Both the position numbers and the translations under genes were made by a program. 64,000 nucleotides of DNA from NCBI GenBank assembly GCA_951406725.2, contig OX597821.1:69502001-69566000 (forward strand), written 5' to 3'. Numbering within the stretch: the first letter of the stretch is position 1; every line of letters begins with the position of its first letter. Positions 1 to 15,595 of the stretch are shown in pieces. The notes under the pieces were generated by a model. The model was not told the origin of the DNA. It ran no database searches and saw only the letters and a list, made by a program, of their open reading frames with translations. Source of the DNA: Octopus vulgaris (Eukaryota).

Positions 1-605
1 TCATACTTGTGGCTATGGCGAAAGAATGTATCTGGTGGACGCGCCTGAAAGGATTAGAGACAAGCGCTTTCCTCTCTGGTCAATCTCTCATCAACTTCTT
101 CAAGTATCACTTGAAGAGGAAAGTGAGAGTAGAGAGGCAGGTTTTGTCTAGTTGAATGTTTTAAAAAAAGATGGGTGAATGTAGCAAGGATGGCACGTAT
201 GAATGACGAAGCCACCTTGACTATGATTCTATCAACCGTAAAAATTAATACAGAGAGTTGCTTATTTGCAAAAAAAAAAAAAAGAAATATAACATATGAC
301 TTCATTGACCGAGGTTACCGTGGTCTTTTCCGTAGTCTTTTCTTTCCACGGGTAACCTCACCTGTCCTCCTCTTTACACATCATATTGACATTTCTGTGA
401 TAACGATCCCTATTGATCAAATTTTTTTTCTTTCCCCCCACCCTTTTTTTTTAAATTATATCCCCCTTATTTTGTCCTCTTTCTTTCCATTTACGATCCC
501 TTTTGATCGAAAACCAAACCCCCTTCTTTTACCCCCAAAAGAAAAGCTCTACCTTGTAATTTTGTCCTGTCTGTGTGCAGCCCTGTGTGGCTAATAAAGA
601 AACAT
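1..605 (+). mobile_element. 3' end of an L1/Tx1-like LINE (ORF2 C-terminus plus 3' UTR), decayed
   Basis: Frame from nt 3 reads ILVAMAKECIWWTRLKGLETSAFLSGQSLINFFKYHLKRKVRV, homologous to the minus-strand fragment at 26394-26882. The UTR has a hairpin at ~311-359 and AATAAA at 593-598, then (TATC)n. Confidence 0.65.
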
Positions 606-795
<190 letters not shown>

Positions 796-1453
796 AATTT
801 ATAAGGATTAGCACACAAGCACGCACAGATGTACCAAAAAAAACTGAAACAGTTAATAACTATAAATACAAGAAATCCATGGAATAAAAGGAAACAAAAT
901 TTAAACAGCAAAGACCGATGAAAACTTACAGTTGCAAAAGTTATTCCAATATAGATAAATAAATAAATAAACACGTGAAGTGGGGAAAAAATGAAAAAAT
1001 AGTCATAGTGACATCGCGTTGAGAATATTGTTGACAGTCACCAAATAACTCAAATAAATGAAAACAAGGCGGCCCTCACAAGGAAGTTGTTGTTGTTGTT
1101 GTTGTTGCTGATGCTGTTGTTGTTGTTTTTGCACCTGCAGATATTCACCTCTCACCCGTTTACCTCAACTAGAATCCAACATCATTAGAAAACTTCTCAA
1201 TTCAAATACCAGATGGTGGTAAGTCAACTGCGGTGCTATGCCCTTCCTTCCTTCTTTCGCTTCTTCCTACCCTTCTAACTCTCACCCTCTCACTTCATTA
1301 TTGCAATCTGTTTACATTTGTTCTTATTTTAAAGTTCCTTTTGTTTTATTTTATTTCTTTTGTTCTTCATTTTTAATTAGGCTGCTTTTGAAGGAGGACA
1401 AGAACCAGAGGGATGAAGAGCGAAAGGAGAAGAAAGAGCAAAAAGAAAGAGAG

Positions 1454-1493
<40 letters not shown>

Positions 1494-1697
1494 GGAGAAT
1501 GAGATGTGACGGATTTGTCACGAAGCTGAAGCTATTTCGAAGGAATGAGTTAAAATCACAAAACGTGTGAAAAGAGAATATAAAAGATACAATATATAAA
1601 AGGCGATGGTAGTAGTTTGGACAGAAGGAGCCGTTAAATTGCTTAGAACAACAAGGATTATTACGGAGCTTTTAGAAGATGAATAATAATAATAATC

Positions 1698-2229
1698 GGC
1701 TCTCATGTCTTCTGATCTTAACTGACTGGAAGTGTTATCATGTACATTGTTTTGTCTTGGTATAAAAGATGGGCTACAGCAAATATTCTGCTCAGTACCA
1801 CAGATTTGCTTGTCAGTTGTTTGACCGTAACCAGTTGAGCATGTCCCTTAGTGGCTGACGATATGTGCATCTCTGATCACGAGTAGAAGTAGTGGGGGAG
1901 CATCATAGCCATGTGTTGAGAGGGATTCTTTGGGGTTTGAATGATTCACCTCTGGAAACATGGGTGGTTCTTTCAACATCCTTAAACAACCCTTATTCAG
2001 GGACCTTTTGAGTGGGATGGGCTACCCGACCTGAAGAAAATTCTAACTGGACCCCACCTGCAAGGTCATGTGCTGTTTATCTTGTTATGAGATCACCATG
2101 TCGCGCACATATGGTTGTGATGCATGTGCCTGGTGTAAACTTATCAGACGGGTAGTCATGATGGGTATACTGGGCTTCGTATATTTGTACTCCAGTGTCA
2201 CTTTGATGGCATGCACTGCTCTCTCACTC

Positions 2230-2230
<1 letters not shown>
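1698..2230 (+). mobile_element. Non-coding interspersed repeat (probable LINE 3' UTR or non-autonomous retroposon) in (AAT)n
   Basis: Complex sequence bounded by short (AAT)n at ~1683-1697 and long (AAT)n at 2230-2317; no ORF. Confidence 0.4.
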
Positions 2231-2294
<64 letters not shown>

Positions 2295-2649
2295 TAATAA
2301 TAATAATAATAATAATATGATGCCGCTGTTGATACTAAATACTACTAATACTACAATAATACTACAACTACTACTGGTATGATAGCACAGGAATCTAGGG
2401 CCCAAATACCACCCTTACCACTACCCCACCCCTGCTAATGTTGCTGTTGCTGCAACCACTGCTATTACAACGCATAAAAGCAATAATACCAGTGATATCA
2501 GTGATGATAAAAATAATTATAATGAAAGGAAACGAGTGGAGTCTCCTTATGGGCTCATAATGATATATCTAGTGATGGTGTCACAAGAAAAACACTGGTA
2601 ATTGCGCAACCTGATAATCGCTACCTCATATGAGTAACAATGAAAAAAA

Positions 2650-4172
2650 AACAGAATATTGTGGATAACGGTGTGAATGAAACTTAAGCCAATGATGGTG
2701 ACACTGTTACACCCGATAGCGACATGTGGGCCAAAGTCAGAAGAAACATTATGAAAAAGAAATTACAAACTGAAGTAGAGATTGACCAAATTAAACAAGC
2801 AGTAAGGGATAAAAGGAACGAAGCTGGAGCTAAAGAAGACACTACAGAGGAAATGATTATAGACCAGCCCAGGGCTGATAAAAACGCAGTAATGATTGAA
2901 AGTGTTAATGTAACTGATAATCAAAGTGAAATACTGTCTGAACCAACCATAAACACTAAGGCAGATGAAAATCAAATAGATGAAGAAAGTCACACAGAAA
3001 TTGACCCAACAGAACTAAATTAAAGAACCAGTATGAATGAACGCAACACTCTCCCAAAAGTTCGCAATTCTAGTCAAAACCTGAAAATAATTGGTAAAAT
3101 CCGCCTTGCATCTAAGGATATAATTTCAGCTAATGATGCTGATATTACAGATCTGAATCACATGTACGATGCATCCGCGAACATCACAACGATTCTATGT
3201 GGTGAAAAGATTAGAAAACGACAACATTCCCACAAAAAGCCTCCTTGGTAAGAGCGTATTCAAAACCAAATTCAGCTACTTAGGTCTGACTTTCCATAAT
3301 GAGTAAAAAGGATGTAAACGTGGTCCTATGGTTCAGCTACTCATCAATAAAATGATCTTAGAATATTGTCACAAACGACTCAAAAACTTGTCAATACCCT
3401 GGGTTGACTATAAAAATGCTTTTGATAGTCTACCACATAGCTGGATTAAGAAATGTCTGGAAATGTATAAAATAGCTCCTACTCTGCGAAACCTTTTTTC
3501 TGTAAGCATGAGATCATAGAGAACCACACAGACTTTGAACAGTGACAATGAATCTCTAAATGCTGGAGAATTAAAAATTCCATGTGTCATTTTCCAAGGT
3601 GACTGTCTGTCACCGCTTCTCTTTTGTCTAGCTTTAATACCTATCCCGAAATTGCTCAATGATGCACAATACGGTTATAAAATGTTTGGTAAAAATATGA
3701 ATCATCTCATTTACATGGATGATTTAAAGCTCTTTGCAACAAATGACCAACAAATACAGGGCTTACTAGCGATTTTTAAACAATTCAGTGATGACATCAG
3801 GATGCAATTTGACCTTGATAAATGTGCAAAGCTACCTTTATCAAAGGGAAAATGACAGAAAAGTCCAATGTTAACCTTGACCAACAGAATGTCATAAAGG
3901 AATTAGAACCAGCGGAAGGCTACAAATACCTAGGGGATACTTGAGGGGACGGAATCAATGATTCAGTGATGAGGGAAAGGATCAGAAGAGAATGTTATCG
4001 CAGGGTAAAGGCAATACTCAAGACAGAGCTGAATGCAAGAAACAGGATCGAAGCGATCATACCAGTCGTGACTTACAGTTTCAATACCATTAACTGGTCA
4101 ATTACTGAAATATGTAATCTTGACAGAAAAATGCGAAAATTGTTGACAATGCATAGAATGCACTACCCTAAG
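2650..4172 (+). mobile_element. R4/Dong-like non-LTR retrotransposon, internally deleted and frameshifted
   Basis: KKPPW, WVDYKNAFDSLPHSW, IFQGDCLSPLLFCLAL, HLIYMDDLKLF, ILKTELNARN and MHRMHYPKA across broken ORFs. Confidence 0.85.
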
Positions 4173-4174
4173 GC

Positions 4175-4850
4175 GAAACCTCAGAATTGGTCCATTTATA
4201 CTGGCCATTCTTGCACAATTCACCGGAGATTGCTAAGAAAAAGTGATCTGAAAGGATTCAATGAGGTATTGATATGCAGCGCCCAGGAACAAGTTCTGAG
4301 GACTAATTACACTAAGTTCTAAATAGATAAGTGTAGCGAATCACCCCTTTGTAGGATGTGTGGCAGTAGAAAGGAAGCAATCTCACATATTGTGAGCAAG
4401 TTGACCCAAATATACTACAAAAGGAGGCATGATAACGTGGCTAAGTTCGCTCAGCTGGAGGTTATGTGTAAAGTATGGCCTGAGCAGAGCACAGAAATGG
4501 TACGAACATGAACCAGCAGGAGTCACCGAGAACAAGGAATGTGAGTTACTGTGGGATTTTACAATCCAATGTGACTTCCTAATCGAGGCTCAGAGACCAG
4601 ATATTGTTGTAGTATGTAGAGGAAAAAAGGAAATCAAGATTCTAGATATTGCAATACCAGGAGATGCACACATAAATGACAAAGAAGTAGAAAAGATTGA
4701 AAAGTAAAATTACTAAAAGACGAAATTGCAAGAATGTGGACTATGAGGAGTGTGTCTGTCATTCCAGTAGCTGTAGGGGCACTCGGAACACTAACAACCA
4801 AGTTCGAGAAATACGTCAGAGAAATCGGAATTGACATGAGAGCAGAGCAA
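4175..4850 (+). mobile_element. REL-type LINE C-terminal fragment (zinc knuckle plus restriction-like endonuclease)
   Basis: CRMC, RRHD, WYEHEP, LWDFTIQCD, RPDIVV and LDIAIPGD motifs. Confidence 0.8.
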
Positions 4851-4859
4851 AGCCCATCG

Positions 4860-5540
4860 CTTGTCTTAAACTCTTAAAACGGAGCCCAAAATGGAGAGGC
4901 TGGTTGAGACTGTGCTGATGTGCAACAAGGATATAGGGATGGAATTCGGGATCTCAGAGTGTGCACTGCTCACTTTGAAGTGGGGGGAAAAGAGGAGATC
5001 GTAGGGGCATAGAATTGCCAAAAGGAGAACGAATGGGAAACCCGAATGATGGGGTGCAAACATCTTGAGATCCTGGAGCTGGACAATATCTTGCTCAGAG
5101 AAATGAAGAGCAAGATCACCACTGCATATTTGAAGTGGCTCAAATTTCTCTTGAAGTCAAAACTCAACGCAAGAAACCTTGTGGCCGCCATCAACATATG
5201 GGCTGTTGCTGTAGTCCACTATAGTGCATCCATTCTGAGATGTATACGAGCAGAGATCAACCAACTCGACCGCACTATCTGAAAGATGATGACTAAGCAT
5301 TGTGTCCTCCTCTCCTTAAGGTGAAGGCCAGATATAGTAACCATTGGGAGGGACAAACTAGAATGCCTAATAATCAACGTGGCAGTGCCAGGAGATCAAC
5401 ATATGAAAAATTGATCAATATGGAGACCAGATAATTGAGATCACTGAGATGTGACATCTTCAAGAGTCAAACATAAAGTTTGCCCCTGTTGTCGGAGTAT
5501 TGGGTTCAATACCACCCAATCTGGACACTTTAGAAGTAGA
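4860..5540 (+). mobile_element. Highly decayed REL-type LINE fragment (RT thumb and endonuclease pieces)
   Basis: DIGMEFGISEC and LKSKLNARNLVAAINIWAV motifs. Confidence 0.65.
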
Positions 5541-5609
5541 CAGAATGTCTTCAATCTAAAACATCACGATATTGAATACTGCGTGACGTCTTCAAAATTA
5601 ATAACCATC

Positions 5610-5700
5610 TCAAACTTTGGGACAAAGCCAGCAATTTCGGTGGAAGCGGAAATCGATTACATCGACCCCAATGTTCAACTGGTACTTATTTTATCGACAC
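5610..5700 (-). mobile_element. SINE family B fragment
   Basis: tcgattacatcgacccca...actggtacttattttatcgac matches the copies at 8624-9002 and 44461-44697. Confidence 0.7.
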
Positions 5701-5885
5701 CGCTTTCAATCCGGTCCACCACATTACCTTTCTCGATAAGCCCACCAGACAGATAATGACTGCCTATTCTCCCCACTCAAAGTAGGGTGGCAGGAATATC
5801 TTTATAACGTTCTACATAACTCCATAATATCTTTACAAGTTTTCGAAATTACTCCACAATTCAAAAATGTTCGGGTAGACGTGAA

Positions 5886-7337
<1,452 letters not shown>

Positions 7338-7530
7338 AAGAAGAAGAAGAAGAAGAAGAAGAAGAAGAAGAAGAAGAAGAAGAAGAAGAAGAAGAAGAAG
7401 AAAAAGAAGAAGAAAAGAAGAAGAAGAAGAAGAAGAAGAAGAAGAAGAAGAAGAAGAAGAAGAAGAAGAAGAAGAAGAAGAAGAAGAAGAAGAAGAAGAA
7501 GAAGAAGAAGAAGAAGAAGAAGAAGAAGAA
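7338..7530. repeat. (AAG)n microsatellite
   Basis: Directly visible. Confidence 0.95.
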
Positions 7531-8246
7531 GGGGAGACGTTGCAGGGAATTGAACTCAGGGCGACTAGAGATGATAATCAAATACAGCAAAGCATGTAAT
7601 CCCTAGTTAAACTGTTTCTGCTGAAAATCAAATAATGATAATAAAGATGGCCAAAGGTCAAGAAAGCACAACAACAGACGACCGTCACTACCACGTTGTC
7701 AGTTATATATTAAACCTTAAACAAGTAGATTTAAGTATGTTATTCAGTGAGAAACCAGTTAATCGTCAGCTTTGTTGACAAGTTTAGTTAAGCTAGCTCT
7801 GTTTTATTTTTATAATTTCATTCATGAACGAAAGAAGAGGTAATATGGCCGATAATAAGAGACAGGTTTCTAACATCAAAGATATTCGAAATATATTTTT
7901 TAATTTATTGATAAACATTCTCTTCCTTGTAGATATATGAGGCTCTTGCGTAAATATTTGACTAGGAAGAGAGCTCCTCAGGTGACGAGTGTAGGAAGAA
8001 AGTAAAAAATATGTGAGATAAAGAGGTTGGTTAACGGATTGTCATATGGCGGTTATCGCTTTATCTTATATTCTAATTCGTTTAGCTAAACGACCTCTCA
8101 TGCAGGTGGTCCTGTTTATTACCGAGTGTATTTCATTATGTGTGTGTGTACATAGGGAGTCATGAGCTTAGATGTATACACACACAAACTTACTATCTGC
8201 GTATGTATGTATGTATGTATGTATGTAAGGGAGAGAGAGACTGTGC

Positions 8247-8310
<64 letters not shown>

Positions 8311-8367
8311 AAGAGAGAGAGAGAGAAAGAGAAAGAGAGAGAGAAAGAGTGTGTGTGTGTGTGTGAG

Positions 8368-8480
8368 TAGGCGCTGACATGATTGTGTGGTTTGCAACTA
8401 TTGATTTCGGGTTCAGTCCCACTGCGCAGCACCTTGGACAAGTGTCTTCTATTAAAGTCCCAGGTCGACTATTGCCTTAT
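8368..8480 (+). mobile_element. SINE family A, tRNA-like head only
   Basis: gggttcagtcccactgcg B-box followed by caccttggacaagtgtcttct. Confidence 0.7.
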
Positions 8481-8623
8481 ATGTGGTCTCAATTAGTATC
8501 TATTTTGGATACGTTTTGATTGGTCGAGGAAGATCTCGTGATTGGTATTAATCTTAGGAATTTTTGTCAGCGAGTTCCATGTTTTTATATGTATTACAAA
8601 TATTCTTTTCTACTACAGGCACA

Positions 8624-9002
8624 AGGCCAGAAATTTTTGGGGAGGGGGCCAGTCGATTAGATCGACCCCAGTCACGCAACTGGTACTTAATTTATTGACC
8701 CTGAGAGGATGAAAGGCAAAGTCGACCTCGGCGGAATTTGAACTCAGAACGTAAAGACAGACGAAATACCTATTTCTTTATTACCCACAAGGGGCTAAAC
8801 ACAGAGGGGACAAACAAGGACAGACATAGGCATTAAGTCGATTACATCGACCTCAGTGCGTAACTGGTACTTAATTTATCGACCCCGAAAGGATGAAAGG
8901 CAAAGTCGACTTCGGCGGAATTTGAACTCAGAACGTAAAGACAGACGAAATACCACTAAGCATTTCACCCGGTGCGCTAGCGTTTCAGCCAGCTCGCCGC
9001 CT
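8624..9002 (-). mobile_element. SINE family B (tRNA-derived head plus MetaSINE-like central domain), internally duplicated form
   Basis: Minus strand: aaggcggcgagctggc...gagttcaaattccgcc...gtcgactttgcctttcatcc...aagtaccag, with the core present twice. Confidence 0.85.
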
Positions 9003-9443
9003 TGTATACATTACACATATTATACGTAATGCTATTTTAATCTAACGCACTTACAAATGTGCATATTGGTTCATAACAATCAGAGTTTGGGATACAATTA
9101 CGTCTTTTAATTACTGCTTTACTTGTAACGGTAAATTAAGCCTACTATTGTATAGCTTGATATTGATTTCTAAACCTGATTTATGCACAAACCACGTATG
9201 ATTTGGGTTAACCAATGAGGTTAGCTATGTTTGAACACCGTTGTGAATTTCAATTGTATATCAATATTTTCTGTTTTACAACATACTTCGCTGACCGAAG
9301 AAAAATCGCAAGACACAGAAACTTTCAGGAACGGCATAAACGGCATTAGCAGGAAGAAAGTTCAGGAATATATTCTATAACAAGCATTGAGTATCTTTTC
9401 TCCCGTTTGCTTCAACAATATTTTTGTATGCATGTATTATGTA

Positions 9444-9813
9444 CTAGCAGTATCGCCCGGCATTGCTCGGGTTTGTAAGGGAAATAACTATAAAACATTT
9501 TTAGAGAGTTATAGCCAAAAAATGGAAAAAAAATGATGGTAAATTTTTTTTTAGTTAAAAAGGTCGAGTTGCGTCCCCTAGACAGTCTGTGGTTTGTGTT
9601 TCTGATTCTCGACCCCATGTCGAATTTATCGATTTTCTTCAGAACTGGGGAACTTTTTAAAATTTTCGCTGCGTTAGTTTTGAATTATGACATTGGGCTA
9701 TGTGTGTGTCAAGTTTCATCAGAATCGGTTGAAAGCCGTGGTCAGAGTGAGGGTACAACCTAACAGACACACAGAAACACACACAGACAAACTGCCGTTT
9801 ATATATAGAGAGA
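9444..9813 (-). mobile_element. Complete 370-bp non-autonomous Helitron
   Basis: Minus strand starts TC(TCTATATATAAAC), ends with the hairpin cccgagcaatgccggg then CTAG, and sits between A (9814) and T (9443) with no TSD. Confidence 0.85.
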
Positions 9814-10053
9814 TTTATGTATGTATGTATTCATTTCACGTTACTCCAGTTTGGTTAGCTGTAGAAATGAGTTGCGACATCACTGGTGCCAAACTGTATC
9901 GGCGTTTGCTTTTCTCTTGAATAACATAAGTCGATTGGAGAAGGAAGAGTGGAATGCGTGGGCGATTTAAGGATTGTGTCCTGTGATAAGCAGGAGACCG
10001 ACTGGGTGAGCAATGCCTGTCATCGCCACAGATGGAGGAACCCTACTTGTTTC

Positions 10054-10443
10054 AGTTATTTGACTGCGGCCATGCTGGAGCACCGCCTTTAGTCGAGCAA
10101 CTCGACCCCAGGACTTATTCTTTTGTAAGCCCAGTACTTATTCTATCGGTCTCTTTTGCCGAACCGCTCAGAGACGGGGACGTAAACGCACCAGCATCGG
10201 TTGTCAAGCAATGCTAGGGGGACAAACACAGACACACAAACATATACACACATACATATAAACATATATATACATATATACGACAGGCTTCTTTCAGTTT
10301 CCGTCTACCAAATCCACTCACAAGGCTTTGGTCGGCCCGAGGCTATAGTAGAAGACACTTGCCCAAGGTGCCACGCAGTAGACTGAACCCGGAACCATGT
10401 GGCTAGTAAGCAAGCTACTTACCACACAGCCTCTTCTACGCCT
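10054..10443 (-). mobile_element. SINE family A (tRNA-derived, ~400 bp), full length
   Basis: A-box-like ggctgtgtgg and B-box ggttcagtc; internal (TA)/(TG) tract; near-identical to other copies in the window. Confidence 0.9.
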
Positions 10444-10454
10444 ATATATATATT

Positions 10455-10800
10455 GTTGTATTTCGGAATGGTCATTTTGCCAGTTTAGCCAATAAAAACA
10501 CACGCACTATATATTTGGTGTTACTTTGCTTCAGTGTTATTTATTTTTTTGCATTAAACTTAAACTTATTTCGGCCAGAGTTCCTTCGTCACACTCCTGT
10601 GACCGCATCAGTGGTCCTTTGCTTTCTTCTTTCTTATTTGTGTGTCTCTCCTTACTAACGGTCAGTCATTTTGTATTTCTATTGTATGTGTCTTCATTTG
10701 CGCATGCGTATATCTCTATGTGCGTCTATGTTTAGTTAGTGTGTGTGTGTGGTGGTGGTGGGGGGGAAGCCTGTAATATTTGTATCTTCTGTTTATATAC
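10455..10800 (-). mobile_element. Penelope-like terminal repeat (pLTR) copy with mutated hammerhead motif
   Basis: Reverse complement of 62524-62860. Minus-strand ggacca CTGATGC g gtcaca ggag tgtgac GAAG gaactc tgg at 10575-10617. Confidence 0.6.
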
Positions 10801-10860
10801 GTTCGTGTAATTTGTTTTTGTTTATGTTTATTCTTAATTTGTTCATGTGTTTACATCCAC

Positions 10861-10935
<75 letters not shown>

Positions 10936-10965
10936 TCATTATTATTATTATTATCATCATTATTA

Positions 10966-11008
<43 letters not shown>

Positions 11009-11053
11009 GTATGCTTGTATGTATGTATGTATGTATGTATAACAACAATACTA

Positions 11054-11098
<45 letters not shown>

Positions 11099-11150
11099 TA
11101 ATAATAATAATAAAAATTATAATAAAAATAAAAAAATAAACAAATCTTGC

Positions 11151-11244
<94 letters not shown>

Positions 11245-11388
11245 AATACATTTAAATTCATTCATCGTTTAGAAGTTTCCCCCTTTTGCATTCTCTCGTT
11301 TTGCATGTATTCATATATACATATTTTGTATCCGATTTACTTGATATCTAATATGTCTAATGTGTCTAATTTGCTTATCACTATAATT

Positions 11389-11434
<46 letters not shown>

Positions 11435-11508
11435 GTCCTCCTACATGGCCTTGCTTTTTGCTTTTTGAGCCAAAAAATTAACTTAACTTAACTAAATATA
11501 TATATACA

Positions 11509-11580
<72 letters not shown>

Positions 11581-12234
11581 GGTGTGCATAGAGCCTCTCT
11601 ATAATCTCATTTACATACTAGAATGAGAAGCTAAATTCCTTTCAAACCACATCTTAGTGTCTATGACCCTCCACACAGTATGTCTTAATCAAAGACAATA
11701 AAAGACAAGATGGTCATGACTGGAATGCTTTGATTATGAAATGCGTCATCAGAGCTGATCTGAGATGCAAGGAGTCACAACAGCAGGAATTCAGACTTAG
11801 GTGGACTAAGATTTTAAGCGCTAAGCTGTGATGGTAAGGTTCGAACTAGCAACTCTATGGCTGATTCACAGCCGCTGATTCGGTTCTACAAACAAAATTT
11901 CTGATATGTATTCATGAAAAGGAAAATCCCCCTTGCTGTTAGACACACGGCTCCACCTCCCATAGAACAAAAAGAAAAAAACAAACAAAAAACAAAAAAA
12001 CATACAAACAAGGAAAGCGTATTGTAAAAATGTGCACAGTCACGCTTTCTCTCTCTATTTCTCTTCCTCTCTCCTCTTTCTCGCTCTCTCCATTACGAAA
12101 ACACTCCCATTTCAAGCCAAACCCAACAATTTTATTGTTGGCTTCAATTTACGTACAAAAATAAAGCAATTAATTAAATGAAAAGTATAAAACACAAGTA
12201 AAAATATAAAAATTAAAAGAAAATAATAGAATAA

Positions 12235-12282
12235 AAAATGGCGAACTTCGTGAGCTCCAGCTAATCGAATACGCGCATGCGT
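12235..12282 (+). promoter_or_regulatory. Possible housekeeping-type promoter motifs (YY1-like, NRF1-like)
   Basis: AAAATGGCG at 12235-12243 and CGCGCATGCG at 12272-12281 in a CpG-containing unique patch. Confidence 0.25.
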
Positions 12283-12410
12283 CGTCTAGAGCATTTATTT
12301 CGTAGTTCCTTGGTGCTGTGTTGAAAAAGTACACAAAACCCCGTTTGACGAATGCTTAGAAGTTGAATTTGCTGTTTAACATCGAACGTTTTAATTTCTT
12401 TCTTTACATC

Positions 12411-12472
<62 letters not shown>

Positions 12473-12695
12473 ACCTATCTCTTTCTCTGTCTGTCTCTCC
12501 ATAAATCTCTCTTCTACATATTTATTTTACTCGTTTTCGTCATTTAGAAGCCATTTTCGTCGAGAGAATTGCATATGTGTCTATACCTGGGTGTATGTAT
12601 ATATGTGCATGTATTTATATATGCCTATGTGTGGGAGTTTTATATGTATATGTATACATGCATACACACTGTTGATACACACACGCATATATATG

Positions 12696-12803
<108 letters not shown>

Positions 12804-13739
12804 AACATGTATCTCTATATTTCAATTTACATACACGTGTTTATCTCTATGTGTGTGTAATACACATGCGTATATATATATATATGTGTGTGTGTGTGTT
12901 TGTGTGTATATATGTGCATAAATGTGATGAAGATATATGTGTGTGTAAGAGAGTATGTGTATGTATGTGTGTGTGCATGCGCATGCGTATTTTGTCGTGA
13001 CTGTGCTTGTTTGTGTAATTATTCTCGGCGGGGCTATGCTTGCTTCCAGCAATTACCAAACTAACCACTTGGGCCACAAAATAGGTTTTTGGAAAATCTT
13101 TTTCCCGTTTATTTTTTTTAATACTTTTCCATGTTTTTTTTTTCTTTCTTTTTTCTTTTTGTTTTCCAGATATTTTTTTCGACAAATGTTTTCGCCTCAG
13201 GGATAAACTTTCACAACGACACTCGTTTACTTTCGTAGGTTTCCGTACACAACGAATTTTTGACTCACATCTGGCCTGTTGTACACATATATACATATAT
13301 GTGCGTGTGTGTGTGTATGTGTATATGTATGCATATATATATATATATATATAGATGCGTATATACGCATGTATATATATATATATATACATAACTATAT
13401 ATATACACATGTACACATACATACACACATATATACGTACATATATAAATATGCACGCACTAATATATTCGTATGTGTATTTATAGAAGTCCATTTTCGC
13501 ATACCTAGACACATGTAGCCACCACTCTCACACACATGCACACACACACCAGCACGTGTTCGCGAACAGGTAAGTACTTAAAGAAATATAAGCACACATA
13601 GCGGTTTTGCGTAGATAATTATATTGGAGTATTCTTACAAATGCTTCCTCACTTATACACATGTTCTCTCACTCTTTCTCATCTCTTTCTCTCTTCATCT
13701 GCCTCTCTTACACACACATACACACGCACACACACACAC

Positions 13740-13802
<63 letters not shown>

Positions 13803-13916
13803 CAGAGTGGGGGAAATGTGTTAGATACATAAATATATAGACACCCTGATAGATGAAGAGACAAGCAAATTGATGGACATTTTGGAAAATACATACATAT
13901 ACAAACACGTACACAC

Positions 13917-13954
<38 letters not shown>

Positions 13955-14450
13955 ACACACACACACATACACACACATAAAGCAAGCACTCATATATCGA
14001 TATATGCACATAAAAAACCCCCTCGCGTGTAAATATATACATATGCAAATACACTCATATAAACATATACTCAAGCAAACACCTACATACACGAACACAC
14101 GCATACACATACACTTATTTACAACCACATATATAAATATATAGCAGCACATACATCTAAATATAAACATCAACAAACACACACATAAATATATACATAC
14201 ATGAACACACGCAAATACACACTACCGTGTAAATTATTTTTCTATTTTCTGGGACTACTAACTCCAAACCATCGAGACTATTACTACCATTAATGCCACC
14301 ACAACCACCTACACCACCATCACCACCACCAGCACTACTGTTACCACTACCCTTACTCCTACTGTCACCCCTGTCGCTACAGTTTACACCAGAGGTTGTA
14401 TTGCAGACATCATTACAGAAGTACAACTTCTAATATGGCTTACTTAAAGC

Positions 14451-14527
<77 letters not shown>

Positions 14528-14528
14528 C

Positions 14529-14655
<127 letters not shown>

Positions 14656-15044
14656 ATCTGCGTGTCTGTCTGCCTGTGTGTCTGTCTGTCTGTCTATATC
14701 TGTGCGTGTGTGTGTGTATGTGTGTGTGTGTCTATCTGTCTGTGTGTGGGCATTACGTGCTTTAATGTTTCAATGTATGCGACTATGTGTTACATATGCA
14801 TACACTCACGCACACATGTATGAGTGTGTGAAAACACAAATACAAACACACACACGCGCCCACATGTATACTTATTTATGCATATGTAAAAATGTATACA
14901 CACACATATATAAATATATACTGACATACATGCACACGTGTATATACATACATACATGCATACATACATGAATACATACATATATACATACATACATGCA
15001 TGCATGCATGCATGCATACATACATACATACATACATACATACA

Positions 15045-15077
<33 letters not shown>

Positions 15078-15257
15078 TGAGTGAGAGGAAAACGGAGAGG
15101 TTGAGGGAGGGAAATGGTACAGAGAGTGCATAGTGTGTGGAAAAGAATTCTAAATTTATCTTTATACGCAAAGTATCAATTTATTGTAAATATGCACACT
15201 GTAATAAGGCCATTGTATAATGAACACAAGAACTGCTCAGCACAATAGATACATTTG

Positions 15258-15303
15258 CTATACTTGACAAGTCGGTAATAATCGATCGAAACTAGTCGAA
15301 TAG
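15258..15303 (+). ncRNA. Minimal type I hammerhead ribozyme candidate, U3-A8 core variant
   Basis: CUAUAC-UUGACAA-GUCGGU AAUA AUCGAUC-GAA-ACUAGU-C^GAAUAG. Stem I pairs 5 of 6, stem II has one bulge, stem III is palindromic, cleavage triplet GUC. Confidence 0.65.
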
Positions 15304-15512
15304 TTCTCGGGGTAATTTTGTAGAGATAGCCATATACAATGGTGTCAGTTTACAGAGTATGGCAGCAATATATTTATCATACATACGTATACGACTTTAT
15401 TCACTACACACACATATATCTTACACATTTATTACTATGATATATATATATGTATGTGTGTGTGTATGTATGTATGTATGTATGTATGTATGTATGTATG
15501 TATGTATGTATG

Positions 15513-15592
<80 letters not shown>

Positions 15593-15595
15593 AGA

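Noticed and set aside
1850-1890. CUGACGA motif in the (AAT)-flanked repeat
   Set aside because: Followed by GAG rather than GAAA, with no stem III or stem I partner.
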